Positions 29,744-38,441 of a DNA stretch of 43,598 bases are shown here, piece after piece. The position numbers were made by a program, and so were the translations under genes. Below the pieces are notes generated by a model, which saw only the letters and a list, made by a program, of their open reading frames with translations, had not been told where the DNA came from and did not search any database. How positions within the stretch are numbered: the first letter of the stretch is position 1; every line of letters begins with the position of its first letter. The stretch is from Candidatus Krumholzibacteriia bacterium. GTDB lineage: Bacteria; Krumholzibacteriota; Krumholzibacteriia; LZORAL124-64-63. The DNA lies in assembly GCA_036351155.1 (NCBI GenBank), contig JAZBOO010000110.1:1-43598 (forward strand), written 5' to 3'.

Positions 29744-32077
29744 ATGGCGCCGGCATCCCTGAAAGATCCCTTGCTGCCTTTGCTGGTCTGGGATCGGCTG
29801 GAAATTGGGCCGCCCCGCATCGAGGCGAAGCGCATCCGCGCCGCCTACACCGTGGTCAGGGACGGGCAAACCGAGTCCATCGACCTGACTTACTCCTGGG
29901 AGGAAGAGGTTTTCGACCCCGCGCTGCCCCAGGACGTCAACCTGGCGGGGATGATCCTGGCCCAGCTGGCCCTGAACTACGGTCTGTTCTGCCGGGAGAT
30001 GGTATTTCACGGCCCCTTCGACGAGCGCGACCGGCGCTTCCTGACGGATATGGCGCGCAATACGGCGCGGGAGATCTACGTCAACAAGTTCCTGATGCCC
30101 AATCCTTTCCTGGTGGGCGAGGCGGCCAAGTTGCCTGCCGAACGCCGGGACGATTACCTGCGGGCCAAGCTGGTTTTCCCCGACGCCGTGGGCGAGGTGG
30201 ACGTGCCGGCCTGGGGGCAGGGGCACAGCGACTGCTGTGTGCTGAGCAGCGGCGGCAAGGACAGCTTGCTGAGTTATGGCCTGTTGAACGAGGTGGGGGT
30301 GAAGTGTCACTCTGTCTTCATCAACGAGTCGGGCCGGCACTGGTTCACCGCTCTGAATGCCTATCGCGCCTTCAAGGAGGACGTGCCGGGCACCGCCCGG
30401 GTCTGGACCGATTGTGACCGGGTCTTCAACTGGATGCTGCGCCAGCTTCCTTTCGTGCGGCCTGACTACGCCAAGGTCCGGGCCGACATCTACCCGGTGC
30501 GGTTGTGGACCGTGGCGGTGTTTCTGTTCGGGGCCTTACCGCTGATGAAAAAGCGGGGCATCAGTCGCCTGGTCATCGGCGACGAGTTCGACACCTCGAT
30601 CCGGGCCCGCTTCAAGGGGATCACCCACTATGCGGGCCTGTACGACCAGAGCCGCTGGTTCGACCAGGCTCTCAGCCGCTACTTCCATCGCAAGGGGTGG
30701 AAGGTGCACCAGTTCTCGGTGCTGCGGCACCTGTCCGAGCTCCTCATCGAGAAGATCCTGGTGGAGCGCTACCCTGACCTGCAGGCCCTGCAGGTTTCCT
30801 GTCATGCGGCGCACCGCGGCCAGGAAAACGAAAAGGTGGGACCGTGCGGGCGATGCGAGAAGTGCCGCCGCATTGTCGGCATGCTGTCGGCCCTGGGCGC
30901 CGATCCCGGCCGCTGTGGGTACACTCCCGAGCAGATCCAGTGGTGCCTGAAGGAGGTCCTGGCCCGAGATGTGAAGCAGGAGAGCGAAGGGGTGGATCAG
31001 ATGGCCCTGCTGCTGCACGAGCGCGGTCTCTGGGATTCGGAAAAAGCTCTGCCGGCGCCCCATCCGGAAGTTTTGCAGCTGCGCCTGGACAAGGAACATG
31101 CGCCGTTGACCACCATGCCCACCGATCTGCGCGGCCCGGTGCTGGATCTATGCGGGCAACATGCTCAGGGGGCGGTGACCCGCAGCGGACGCATGTGGGT
31201 GCCGTGTGATCCGAGACAGGAATCTGACTTCAACCTGTCGGCCATGCACCAGACCGTGATGCCGCCGGCGGAGGACAAGCTGGATCTCAACGGAAAGGAG
31301 TCCTGGCTGCTGGCGCACCTGACCTGGCCAGAGGCCGAAGCCCGCTTCCGTGAAACGGACCTGGTGCTGCTGCCGGTGGGGGCCATTGAACAGCACGGGC
31401 CGCATCTGCCCCTGGACACCGACGCCTACGACGCCGACCATCTGGCCCGCCAGGTGGCCGCGGCCTGCAGCGATCCCAAGCCCCTGGTGCTGCCCTTGAT
31501 TGCCTATGGCGTTTCGTATCACCACGAAGATTTTCCTGGCACCTTGTCGGTGACCAACGAAACCATGGCCAAGATCGTCTATGACGTGGGCATGGGGGTG
31601 GCGCGCTGCGGAGCCACCAAGCTGGTGATCATCAACGGCCATGGCGGCAATGGGCCGGCCCTGGCCTTTGCCGCGCAGATGATCAACCGGGATGCACGCA
31701 TCTTCACCTGCGTGGAGTCGGGCGAAACCAGCGACGTGGATATTGACGGGCTGGCCGAAACGCCCAACGATGTGCATGCCGGGGAGGTAGAGACCAGCAC
31801 CACCCTGGCCCTGCGTCCCCACCTGGTGCGCATGGACAAGGCGCGGTCGGCGGTGCCCAGCTTCTCCAGCCGTTTTCTGGATTTCACCAACCAGCGCTCC
31901 GTGGACTGGAATGCCTATACCCATCGGATTTCCCCGACTGGCGTGCTGGGCGACCCCACCAAGGCCACCCCGGAAAAGGGCAAGCTCATGTGGGATCTGA
32001 TCGTCAACAACCTGGTCGAATTCGTCGAGGACCTGAAAAGCCTCTCCCTGGACGAAATTCACCAGCGCAGGTATTGA
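29744..32077 (+). CDS. Fusion of an N-terminal PP-loop ATP-pyrophosphatase (MurL/QueC-like) domain and a C-terminal creatininase-family amidohydrolase
   Basis: LSSGGKDS PP-loop, FSVLRHLSELL and SCH...CGRCEKC Cys cluster; from about aa 519 LTWPE, LPVGAIEQHGPHLPLDTD, NGHGGN, HAGEVETS and GVLGDP. Confidence 0.85.
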   Translation: MAPASLKDPLLPLLVWDRLEIGPPRIEAKRIRAAYTVVRDGQTESIDLTYSWEEEVFDPALPQDVNLAGMILAQLALNYGLFCREMVFHGPFDERDRRFLTDMARNTAREIYVNKFLMPNPFLVGEAAKLPAERRDDYLRAKLVFPDAVGEVDVPAWGQGHSDCCVLSSGGKDSLLSYGLLNEVGVKCHSVFINESGRHWFTALNAYRAFKEDVPGTARVWTDCDRVFNWMLRQLPFVRPDYAKVRADIYPVRLWTVAVFLFGALPLMKKRGISRLVIGDEFDTSIRARFKGITHYAGLYDQSRWFDQALSRYFHRKGWKVHQFSVLRHLSELLIEKILVERYPDLQALQVSCHAAHRGQENEKVGPCGRCEKCRRIVGMLSALGADPGRCGYTPEQIQWCLKEVLARDVKQESEGVDQMALLLHERGLWDSEKALPAPHPEVLQLRLDKEHAPLTTMPTDLRGPVLDLCGQHAQGAVTRSGRMWVPCDPRQESDFNLSAMHQTVMPPAEDKLDLNGKESWLLAHLTWPEAEARFRETDLVLLPVGAIEQHGPHLPLDTDAYDADHLARQVAAACSDPKPLVLPLIAYGVSYHHEDFPGTLSVTNETMAKIVYDVGMGVARCGATKLVIINGHGGNGPALAFAAQMINRDARIFTCVESGETSDVDIDGLAETPNDVHAGEVETSTTLALRPHLVRMDKARSAVPSFSSRFLDFTNQRSVDWNAYTHRISPTGVLGDPTKATPEKGKLMWDLIVNNLVEFVEDLKSLSLDEIHQRRY

Positions 32078-32078
32078 A

Positions 32079-33143
32079 ATGAAGATCTCGCGTGCTGAAG
32101 CCTGGCGCTGTGACATGCCCCTGGCTGAGCCCTACGCAATCGCCTACGAGACGGTGGACAAGGCGGCCAATATCTTCCTGGTGATCGAGGCCGGCGGCTT
32201 GCGCGGTTGTGGCTGCGCGGCTCCTGACGAGCCGGTCACCGGGGAAACACCGGAAGCCACTCTGGCCCTGTTTCAGGACCAGATCGTGCCGGCGCTGAAG
32301 GGCCGTGATCCGCTGCGCCCGGCTTACCTGCTGGACCAGTTGGAATCTTTGCTGCAGGGTCGTCCCTCGGCCCGCGCGGCGGTGGACATGGCCCTGTGGG
32401 ATTTGATGGGGCACGCCTCCGGCTTACCCCTTTGGCGCATGTTCGGGGGCTATCGGCGGCGCATCCTGACCAGCGTCACCATCGGGATCTTACCGGTGGA
32501 CGAAACGGTGGCTCGGGCTCGGGATTTCATCGGGCAAGGTTTCCAGTGCTTGAAGCTCAAGGGCGGGCTGGATCCCGACCTGGATGCCGAACGCGTGCTG
32601 AAAGTGCGTGAGGCCGTGGGTGAACGTATTCGCCTGCGGTTCGACGCCAATCAGGGCTACACAGTGGAGCAGACCATGGCCTTCGTGGCGGCGGTACGCC
32701 GGGGCAAGCTGGAACTCATCGAACAGCCGACGCCGAAGGGAGAACCCCACCTTCTGGGGCGTGCGGCCGCCAGCGTGTCCTTGCCGGTGATGGCCGACGA
32801 AAGCCTGGTTTCCCTGCGCGATGCCTTCAAGCTGGCACGCCGCGACCTGGCCGACATGGTGAACGTGAAGCTGATGAAGGTGGGAGGGCTGAGCGAGGCT
32901 CTGAAAATTGACGCCGTTTCCCAGTCCGCGGGCATCGAGGTGATGGTCGGCTGCATGGATGAGGCTGCTCTGGGGATCGCCGCCGGGCTGCAGTATGCCC
33001 TGGCCCGTCGCAACGTCCACTTCGCCGATCTGGACGGGCACCTGGACCTGCTGGACGATCCCACCGATGGTGCGGTGATCCTGCAGGATGGGTGGTTAAT
33101 CGCGAAGGAAGAGCCGGGACTGGGATTCACCTTCCCGGCGTGA
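32079..33143 (+). CDS. Enolase-superfamily dipeptide epimerase (L-Ala-D/L-Glu epimerase / DgcA-like)
   Basis: KLK catalytic motif; metal ligands in DANQ, EQP and ADES; NVKLMK second Lys; GCM.E; DLDG (DxD of dipeptide epimerases). Confidence 0.9.
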   Translation: MKISRAEAWRCDMPLAEPYAIAYETVDKAANIFLVIEAGGLRGCGCAAPDEPVTGETPEATLALFQDQIVPALKGRDPLRPAYLLDQLESLLQGRPSARAAVDMALWDLMGHASGLPLWRMFGGYRRRILTSVTIGILPVDETVARARDFIGQGFQCLKLKGGLDPDLDAERVLKVREAVGERIRLRFDANQGYTVEQTMAFVAAVRRGKLELIEQPTPKGEPHLLGRAAASVSLPVMADESLVSLRDAFKLARRDLADMVNVKLMKVGGLSEALKIDAVSQSAGIEVMVGCMDEAALGIAAGLQYALARRNVHFADLDGHLDLLDDPTDGAVILQDGWLIAKEEPGLGFTFPA

Positions 33144-33144
33144 G

Positions 33145-33174
33145 AAAACGTCCTGGGCCGTTCAGCCCAGGACG
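33145..33174 (-). terminator. Hairpin between convergent genes; terminator for the metG unit
   Basis: CGTCCTGGGC-6nt-GCCCAGGACG perfect 10-bp stem, followed by TTTTC on the minus strand. Confidence 0.65.
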
Positions 33175-33632
33175 GTCTCCAGGTATTTCAGAGCCGCAGG
33201 CCCCAGATTCTCACCGGAACTGGTGCCCACCACTGCGCCCTTGCTGTCGGCCACCACGACCACGGCCTGCTTGGTGCTGCCGGTGGCCTTGAGCTGGTCG
33301 GTCACGGCTCCATCCCAGTCGGGCAGGATGATGACATATTCCTTGGGGTCCAGCTCCTCGGGCAGCTTGCCGGCCGCCTTCAGGTAGGCTTTTTCCAGCT
33401 CGGGCTTCACCATCCCGTGGAACATGCTGGGAAACGAGCGCAGGTCCACGATCGAGGCGATGACCACGCGCTGAGCCTCAGGGTATTTTTCCCGGACGGA
33501 ATTGTTGACCTCGAAGGCCGCCTTGGCCGTGTCCTGGCCATGGCAGACCAGCACGGTGGGGCGTCCCAGCCGGGACAGCTTGATCTCCATCCGGCCACCG
33601 GCGCTGTGGAGAATCTTGTCGGGTAGGAGCAT
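33162..33632 (-). CDS. Hypothetical protein, possibly thioredoxin-like fold without CxxC
   Basis: 156-aa ORF 1 nt downstream of metG; ILPDWDG.V and VVVAD.KG.V resemble redoxin-fold strands. Confidence 0.6.
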   Translation of the reverse strand: MLLPDKILHSAGGRMEIKLSRLGRPTVLVCHGQDTAKAAFEVNNSVREKYPEAQRVVIASIVDLRSFPSMFHGMVKPELEKAYLKAAGKLPEELDPKEYVIILPDWDGAVTDQLKATGSTKQAVVVVADSKGAVVGTSSGENLGPAALKYLETVLG

Positions 33633-33633
33633 C

Positions 33634-35337
33634 TCAGCCCTCCAGCATCTGGTTGAGTCGGTCGATCTCCACCTGGATCTGCTCTTCTTCCAGGCGGGGA
33701 AACAGGATCTCTGGTTTCCCCAGTGATCGGCCGCTGGGCAGGTCCACTTGACCTTCTTCCCACCCTCCTTGCCAGAGGTCGGTTTCCATGCCGAACCAGC
33801 TCCAAAGTTTTTCCATGCCGAAGGGCACCACCGGCGCCAGCATCAGACACAGCATGCGCAGGATCTGGAACACCACGCCCAGGCTCTGGGCGCAGCGCTC
33901 ACGGTCATCCTTGCGGGTCTTGAAGGGAGCGGATTCGTCGAAGTACCGGTTGCCCACCTGACCGGCGTGGAAGCAGGCTTCCATGGCGGCCTTGATCTCG
34001 AACTTCTCCAGATGCGCGGCCCATTTTTCCAGATCGGCCTGGACCTCGGCCAGGGCCTGACGGTCCAGATCGGTCATGGCCTCGCGGGACCACTCGGGCA
34101 CCTGACCCTCGAAGTGCTTGTGGGTGAAGCTGAACACGCGGTTGACCAGGTTGCCGAAATTATTGCCCAGCTCGTTGTCGTTGCGGGCCAGGAAACCTTC
34201 CCAGGTGAAGTTCATGTCCCGTGTCTCGGGCAGGTTGCGGGCCAGTGTGTAACGCAGGGGATCGGGGCTGAACTTCTCCAGGTAGTCGGGCAACCACACG
34301 GCAAAGCCGCGGCTGGTCGAGAGCTTTTGCCCTTCCAGGTTCAAGAACTCGTTGGCCGGCACGTTTTCCGGCAAGATGTAATCCTCGCTGTGGGCCATCA
34401 GCATGGCCGGGAACATCACCGCGTGGAAAAACACGTTGTCCTTGCCGATGAAGTGCACCAGCCGGGTGTCCTCCTGCTGCCACCAGGTTTTCCAGGCTTC
34501 GGGATCACCCTGGCCGGCGGCCCATTCACGGGTGGCGCTGATGTAGCCGATGGGCGCCTCGAACCACACGTAGAACACCTTGCCGTCGTGGTCGGGCAAG
34601 GGCACGGGCACTCCCCAGTCCAGGTCGCGGGTGACGGCACGATCTTGCAGCCCGTCCTTGAACCAGCCCCGGCAATACTGCTTGACGTTGTCCTTCCACT
34701 CGGGATGCGCGTCAATCAGGGCGATCAGCCTGTCCTGCCAGTCACCCAGGGGCAGAAACCAGTGGGTCGTTTCGCGAAGTTCCAGGGGGCTGTTGTCCTG
34801 AGCATTGCGAGGATTCACCAGCTCGGTGGGGTCCAGGGATGATCCGCAGGCCTCGCACTGGTCACCGCGTGCACCCTCGCTGCTGCACTTGGGGCAGGTG
34901 CCCTCGATGTAGCGGTCGGCCAGAAAGCGTTTCTGGCTGGGACTGTAGAACTGCTCGGTGGTCTTCTGACGGAACACTCCCTGGCTGTGCAGGTCGGTGA
35001 AGAAAGCCTGAGCTGTCTCGGTATGGACCGGGCGGCTGGTCTGGCTGAAGTTGTCGAAGCTCATCCCGAAACCCTCGAACGATTTCTTGATCGAGGCGTG
35101 ATTCCGGTCCACCAGTTCCTTGGGGGTGATGCCCTCGCGCTCGGCCGTCAGGGTGATGGGCACACCATATTCATCGCTTCCGCAGATATACAGGACCTCT
35201 TCACCCCGCATGCGCAGATAACGCGCGTAGATGTCGGCGGGCAAATAGGCGCCGGCCAGGTGGCCCAGGTGGATCTCGCCGTTGGCATACGGCAGGGCGC
35301 TGGTGACCAGGGTCCGCTTGAATTTGGAGCTCATCAT
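33634..35337 (-). CDS. metG: Methionyl-tRNA synthetase (short form, no C-terminal Trbp111 domain)
   Basis: TSALPYANG.IHLGH, CGSDEYG, CPKC...CEAC knuckle, RDLDWGVPVP, YVWF, FIGKDN and KLSTS motifs. Confidence 0.97.
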   Translation of the reverse strand: MMSSKFKRTLVTSALPYANGEIHLGHLAGAYLPADIYARYLRMRGEEVLYICGSDEYGVPITLTAEREGITPKELVDRNHASIKKSFEGFGMSFDNFSQTSRPVHTETAQAFFTDLHSQGVFRQKTTEQFYSPSQKRFLADRYIEGTCPKCSSEGARGDQCEACGSSLDPTELVNPRNAQDNSPLELRETTHWFLPLGDWQDRLIALIDAHPEWKDNVKQYCRGWFKDGLQDRAVTRDLDWGVPVPLPDHDGKVFYVWFEAPIGYISATREWAAGQGDPEAWKTWWQQEDTRLVHFIGKDNVFFHAVMFPAMLMAHSEDYILPENVPANEFLNLEGQKLSTSRGFAVWLPDYLEKFSPDPLRYTLARNLPETRDMNFTWEGFLARNDNELGNNFGNLVNRVFSFTHKHFEGQVPEWSREAMTDLDRQALAEVQADLEKWAAHLEKFEIKAAMEACFHAGQVGNRYFDESAPFKTRKDDRERCAQSLGVVFQILRMLCLMLAPVVPFGMEKLWSWFGMETDLWQGGWEEGQVDLPSGRSLGKPEILFPRLEEEQIQVEIDRLNQMLEG

Positions 35338-35415
35338 CGCCTCCGAAAGGGGGGTGGTCCGCAGCCGGTGGTGGTTGCGTGCAGGAGAAGAATCTAAATC
35401 AATGGCGGAGGTTTA

Positions 35416-37170
35416 TCAACGTGAGGCTAAGGACTCGTCCAGCGGAGGCAGGGGAGTGGTTCCGTAAACGTGCGCTTCCAGCCAGTCGTGACAGTCGATG
35501 TTGGTCAGGATCAAGATGGCCTCTTCCAGCTTGGCCCGGGTCAATCCTTGCTCGTCACGCGTCTGGTAAAGATGCCGCAACACCAGGTCCAGTGGTGCCC
35601 TCTGGCCGGATCGCTCGCCGATGTAGCGGTCCAGGGCCATGCACGCCGCCGTGGAACCCGCATAACCGTAGCTGATGATGTCTCGACCGGCCATGACCTG
35701 ACTGGCGGCCTCGGCGATGGGGATTTTTCCCATCAGGTCGCTCCCGGCGTAATCCCGCTCCACGCGGGCCCGGATGATGGCACGCGAGTGCTCCAGCTCC
35801 CATATCCCGGCCGCGGCCAGGATGCGTGAGGAATACCAGGTGGTGGCTCCTTCGGTGAACCACAGGGTGCTGGGATCGGTCTGCTTGATGGCCTCGCCCA
35901 GCCAGCCGTGGAACATCTCGTGAGCAATCACGCTGGCGGCCTGTTCCTGCAGTACACCCCACGTGGTTTGCGGGTCAATCAGGACCAGCACCGAGTTGCC
36001 TGTGTGTACGCCGTAAACATCGAAGCCTTCGGGGGAATGGACTTCATTGGCCGCCAGCAGTACCGTGATCTGATCGGACGGGGCCGACCCGAAAAAACCG
36101 ATTTCTGTCCGCGCCACCGAACGGACCAGATTCATGACCCGTTCGTCGGTGAAATACCAGTCGCGATCGGTGGCATACTGGATGACACAATCCCTGGCCT
36201 GGTCAGAAAGCACCCGCAGGTTGCCGCAGATGATCAAGCTGTTGTTCAGGTCGGCCAGATTTCGGGGATGGTAGAAAAGGTTGGCCGGCACCGGCATCGC
36301 CGTGGTGGGTTCATCCTCGGGATCCCGTGCCGTGCCCAGCCCCGGCGCGGACTGGCCTGGCTGAAAACCCTCGCCGAAACCCAGGTGGGCATCCTGGGCG
36401 GGCGCACGATCGGCCGCCATTCCCGGGAAGGCTGCCGTCTGGTCGTTGCGCACCAGAGCGGGCCAGGGCACCAGCAGTTCCAGATTGTGGGGATTGTGAA
36501 TGGTCACCGTGAGGTCCTTCACCGGAACTCCCACCGGCTCCAGGAACACCTCGAACCCGGCCGCCCGAATTCCCCCGTTCACCTGGGTCGAAATATGACG
36601 CCGGATGTCCGTCTCCAGGCTGCTGCTGGGCATCAGGTCCACCCGGTAAATGAACCCGGTCCGCCTGGCCCCATCGGTTTGCAACCGCCAGCCATCCTGG
36701 GTGGGATCGATGATCAGATGCCTTCCCTGGCTCCCATCCTCCCCGATGGCGTGGGCAATGGGGGCACTGATGGTGACTCCGTTGTCATCTCCATTCACCC
36801 CGGGGGGGAACTCCAGATCCAGATTCCCGGGCAACGGTCCTTCGGCCAGCAAGGTGATGGTCAGGCTGCCCTGGGGGGCCTCCGTCAGGTCGATTTCATA
36901 GGTCAGCTCGATGGGCTTCTGAGGGTGGGGCAACAGAGGCCACGCCACCGCCACCAGCAGCAGGAGAATCACCAGCAGACGCACCGCTCTCCACTGGGCT
37001 TTCCTGCTCGGACGGGGGTCGGCTTCGTCCGGGGAACCCGCCCCCTTCTCGGGCGTGTCGGGCTTCTCCCCCCGGCGAGCCTTGTAGCGTTCCAGTGCGG
37101 TTTGCGATTTCCTGGACAAGCTGGATCTTCCTCTGCACGGTTTCTGCGGCCGGTGTTTTTTCCGGAACAA
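35416..37170 (-). CDS. Membrane-anchored gluzincin metallopeptidase (M61/M1-like)
   Basis: IAHEMFHGW plus downstream WFTEGATTWY; basic N-terminus, one TM, then LTYEIDL; start uncertain (TTG 37170 chosen). Confidence 0.75.
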   Translation of the reverse strand: MFRKKHRPQKPCRGRSSLSRKSQTALERYKARRGEKPDTPEKGAGSPDEADPRPSRKAQWRAVRLLVILLLLVAVAWPLLPHPQKPIELTYEIDLTEAPQGSLTITLLAEGPLPGNLDLEFPPGVNGDDNGVTISAPIAHAIGEDGSQGRHLIIDPTQDGWRLQTDGARRTGFIYRVDLMPSSSLETDIRRHISTQVNGGIRAAGFEVFLEPVGVPVKDLTVTIHNPHNLELLVPWPALVRNDQTAAFPGMAADRAPAQDAHLGFGEGFQPGQSAPGLGTARDPEDEPTTAMPVPANLFYHPRNLADLNNSLIICGNLRVLSDQARDCVIQYATDRDWYFTDERVMNLVRSVARTEIGFFGSAPSDQITVLLAANEVHSPEGFDVYGVHTGNSVLVLIDPQTTWGVLQEQAASVIAHEMFHGWLGEAIKQTDPSTLWFTEGATTWYSSRILAAAGIWELEHSRAIIRARVERDYAGSDLMGKIPIAEAASQVMAGRDIISYGYAGSTAACMALDRYIGERSGQRAPLDLVLRHLYQTRDEQGLTRAKLEEAILILTNIDCHDWLEAHVYGTTPLPPLDESLASR

Positions 37171-37312
37171 CCGGATGGTTCCCTGTTGTTCCTGATTGTT
37201 CCCTGTCGTTCCTCGAATTGAGGACCTCACAGTCGGAGGATGCAACCGCCGTGCCGCTGTACTATGCTCTGGGCGACAATAACTTTTCCTTCCCGTGAAA
37301 GGTCGCCGAACG

Positions 37313-38125
37313 ATGGATCTCAAGTTGCGCGGAAAAACCGCGCTGGTCACCGCGGGCAGCCGGGGATTTGGCAGGGCTGTGGCCCTGGAACTGGCGCGCG
37401 AGGGCGCCCACATCGCCATGTGCGCTCGAGGCGAAGAAGATCTGGCGCAGGCCGCCACCGAGGTCCGTGCCGCCGGCAGGGAAGTCTGGGGCGAAGCGGC
37501 CGGCAAGCTCCTCATCCAGCCGCTGGACGTGACCGACCACGAGGCCGTCTCCGGCTTTGTGACCCGTGTCGAGAACGAGCTGGCGCCGGTGGATCTCCTG
37601 CTGGTCAATGCCGGCGGCCCCCCCGCAGGGAACTTCGAAGACCTGGAGCTTTCCCACTGGGAGGCGGCCTACCGCCTGACCATTGAAAGCGCCGTCCGTC
37701 TGTGCCAGCTGGTCTTGCCGGGCATGAAGGCCCGGGGCTTCGGTCGTATCGTCAGCATCACCTCCGTGAGCGTGTGTCAACCGGTGGAGAACCTGGTGCT
37801 CAGCAGCGTTCTGCGCCCGGCCATCCAGGCCTTGACCCGCACCCTGTCGGCCGAGTCGGCCGCGTATGGCGTGACCGTCAATGCCGTGGCTCCCGGCTTT
37901 CACACCACCAGCGCCGTGGAGCGGCTGATCACCAAGAAAGTGGAGCTCACCGGCTGCACCCCCGACGAGGTGATTGCCGGCTGGACCCGGGAAATCGACA
38001 TGGGCCGCCTGGGCAGACCCGAGGAGCTGGCCGCCTTGATCGTTTTCCTCATGTCCGAACGCGCCAGCTATATCACCGGGCAGGGCATTGTGTCGGATGG
38101 GGGCTGGGTCAAAGGCCACTTCTAG
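37313..38125 (+). CDS. Short-chain dehydrogenase/reductase
   Basis: MDLKLRGKTALVTAGSRGFG, VNAGGPP, GVTVNAVAPG, GRLGRPEELA and SYITGQ...DGG motifs. Confidence 0.93.
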   Translation: MDLKLRGKTALVTAGSRGFGRAVALELAREGAHIAMCARGEEDLAQAATEVRAAGREVWGEAAGKLLIQPLDVTDHEAVSGFVTRVENELAPVDLLLVNAGGPPAGNFEDLELSHWEAAYRLTIESAVRLCQLVLPGMKARGFGRIVSITSVSVCQPVENLVLSSVLRPAIQALTRTLSAESAAYGVTVNAVAPGFHTTSAVERLITKKVELTGCTPDEVIAGWTREIDMGRLGRPEELAALIVFLMSERASYITGQGIVSDGGWVKGHF

Positions 38126-38138
38126 GAATTCGCCCGGC

Positions 38139-38166
38139 TTGACATCCCGGCCAATGAAGCTACATT
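38139..38166 (+). promoter_or_regulatory. Sigma70-type promoter
   Basis: TTGACA (38139-38144), 16-nt spacer, TACATT (38161-38166). Confidence 0.65.
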
Positions 38167-38261
38167 ATCGGTCAACGAGTTGCGAAGATATAAGGCTGAA
38201 CTGGAGGCTTCCTCCTTCTTGGTGTCAGCCCATTGACTGACTATTTTCGAAAGATCAGGCC

Positions 38262-38426
38262 ATGCTTGAGTTTGCCCTTTTCATCGTATTCTGGATTGTC
38301 CTGGTGAATTTCATATTCCCCAAGATGGGCCTGAAGCCCGGTTGAGGCCCCAGCGCCTGCTCGATCGGCGATCGGGAACCGGAGAACAAAAAAACCACCC
38401 AACCGGAAATCAAGCCCGGCGAATAA
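38262..38426 (+). CDS. Putative small membrane selenoprotein (54 aa, Sec28; 27 aa if UGA is a stop)
   Basis: MLEFALFIVFWIVLVNFIFPKMGLKPG-UGA(38343)-GPSACSIGDREPENKKTTQPEIKPGE-TAA; hairpin 38360-38376; TAA ends 3 nt before the GGAGG RBS of the next gene. Confidence 0.6.
38360..38376 (+). promoter_or_regulatory. Candidate bacterial SECIS element 1
   Basis: CTCGATC-GGC-GATCGGG stem-loop; loop starts with G, 21 nt after the UGA. Confidence 0.5.
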
Positions 38427-38441
38427 AGTGGAGGTGTGGCG

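Noticed and set aside
29744..31250. Annotation as queC
   Set aside because: The domain is about 500 aa with the PP-loop at about aa 168 rather than at the N-terminus; no queD/E/F nearby; context points to amino-acid epimerisation
37171..37608. N-terminal 146 codons of the 730-aa minus-strand ORF
   Set aside because: Overlaps the SDR gene antisense and the intergenic region; the credible protein starts near the basic/TM segment at about 37170
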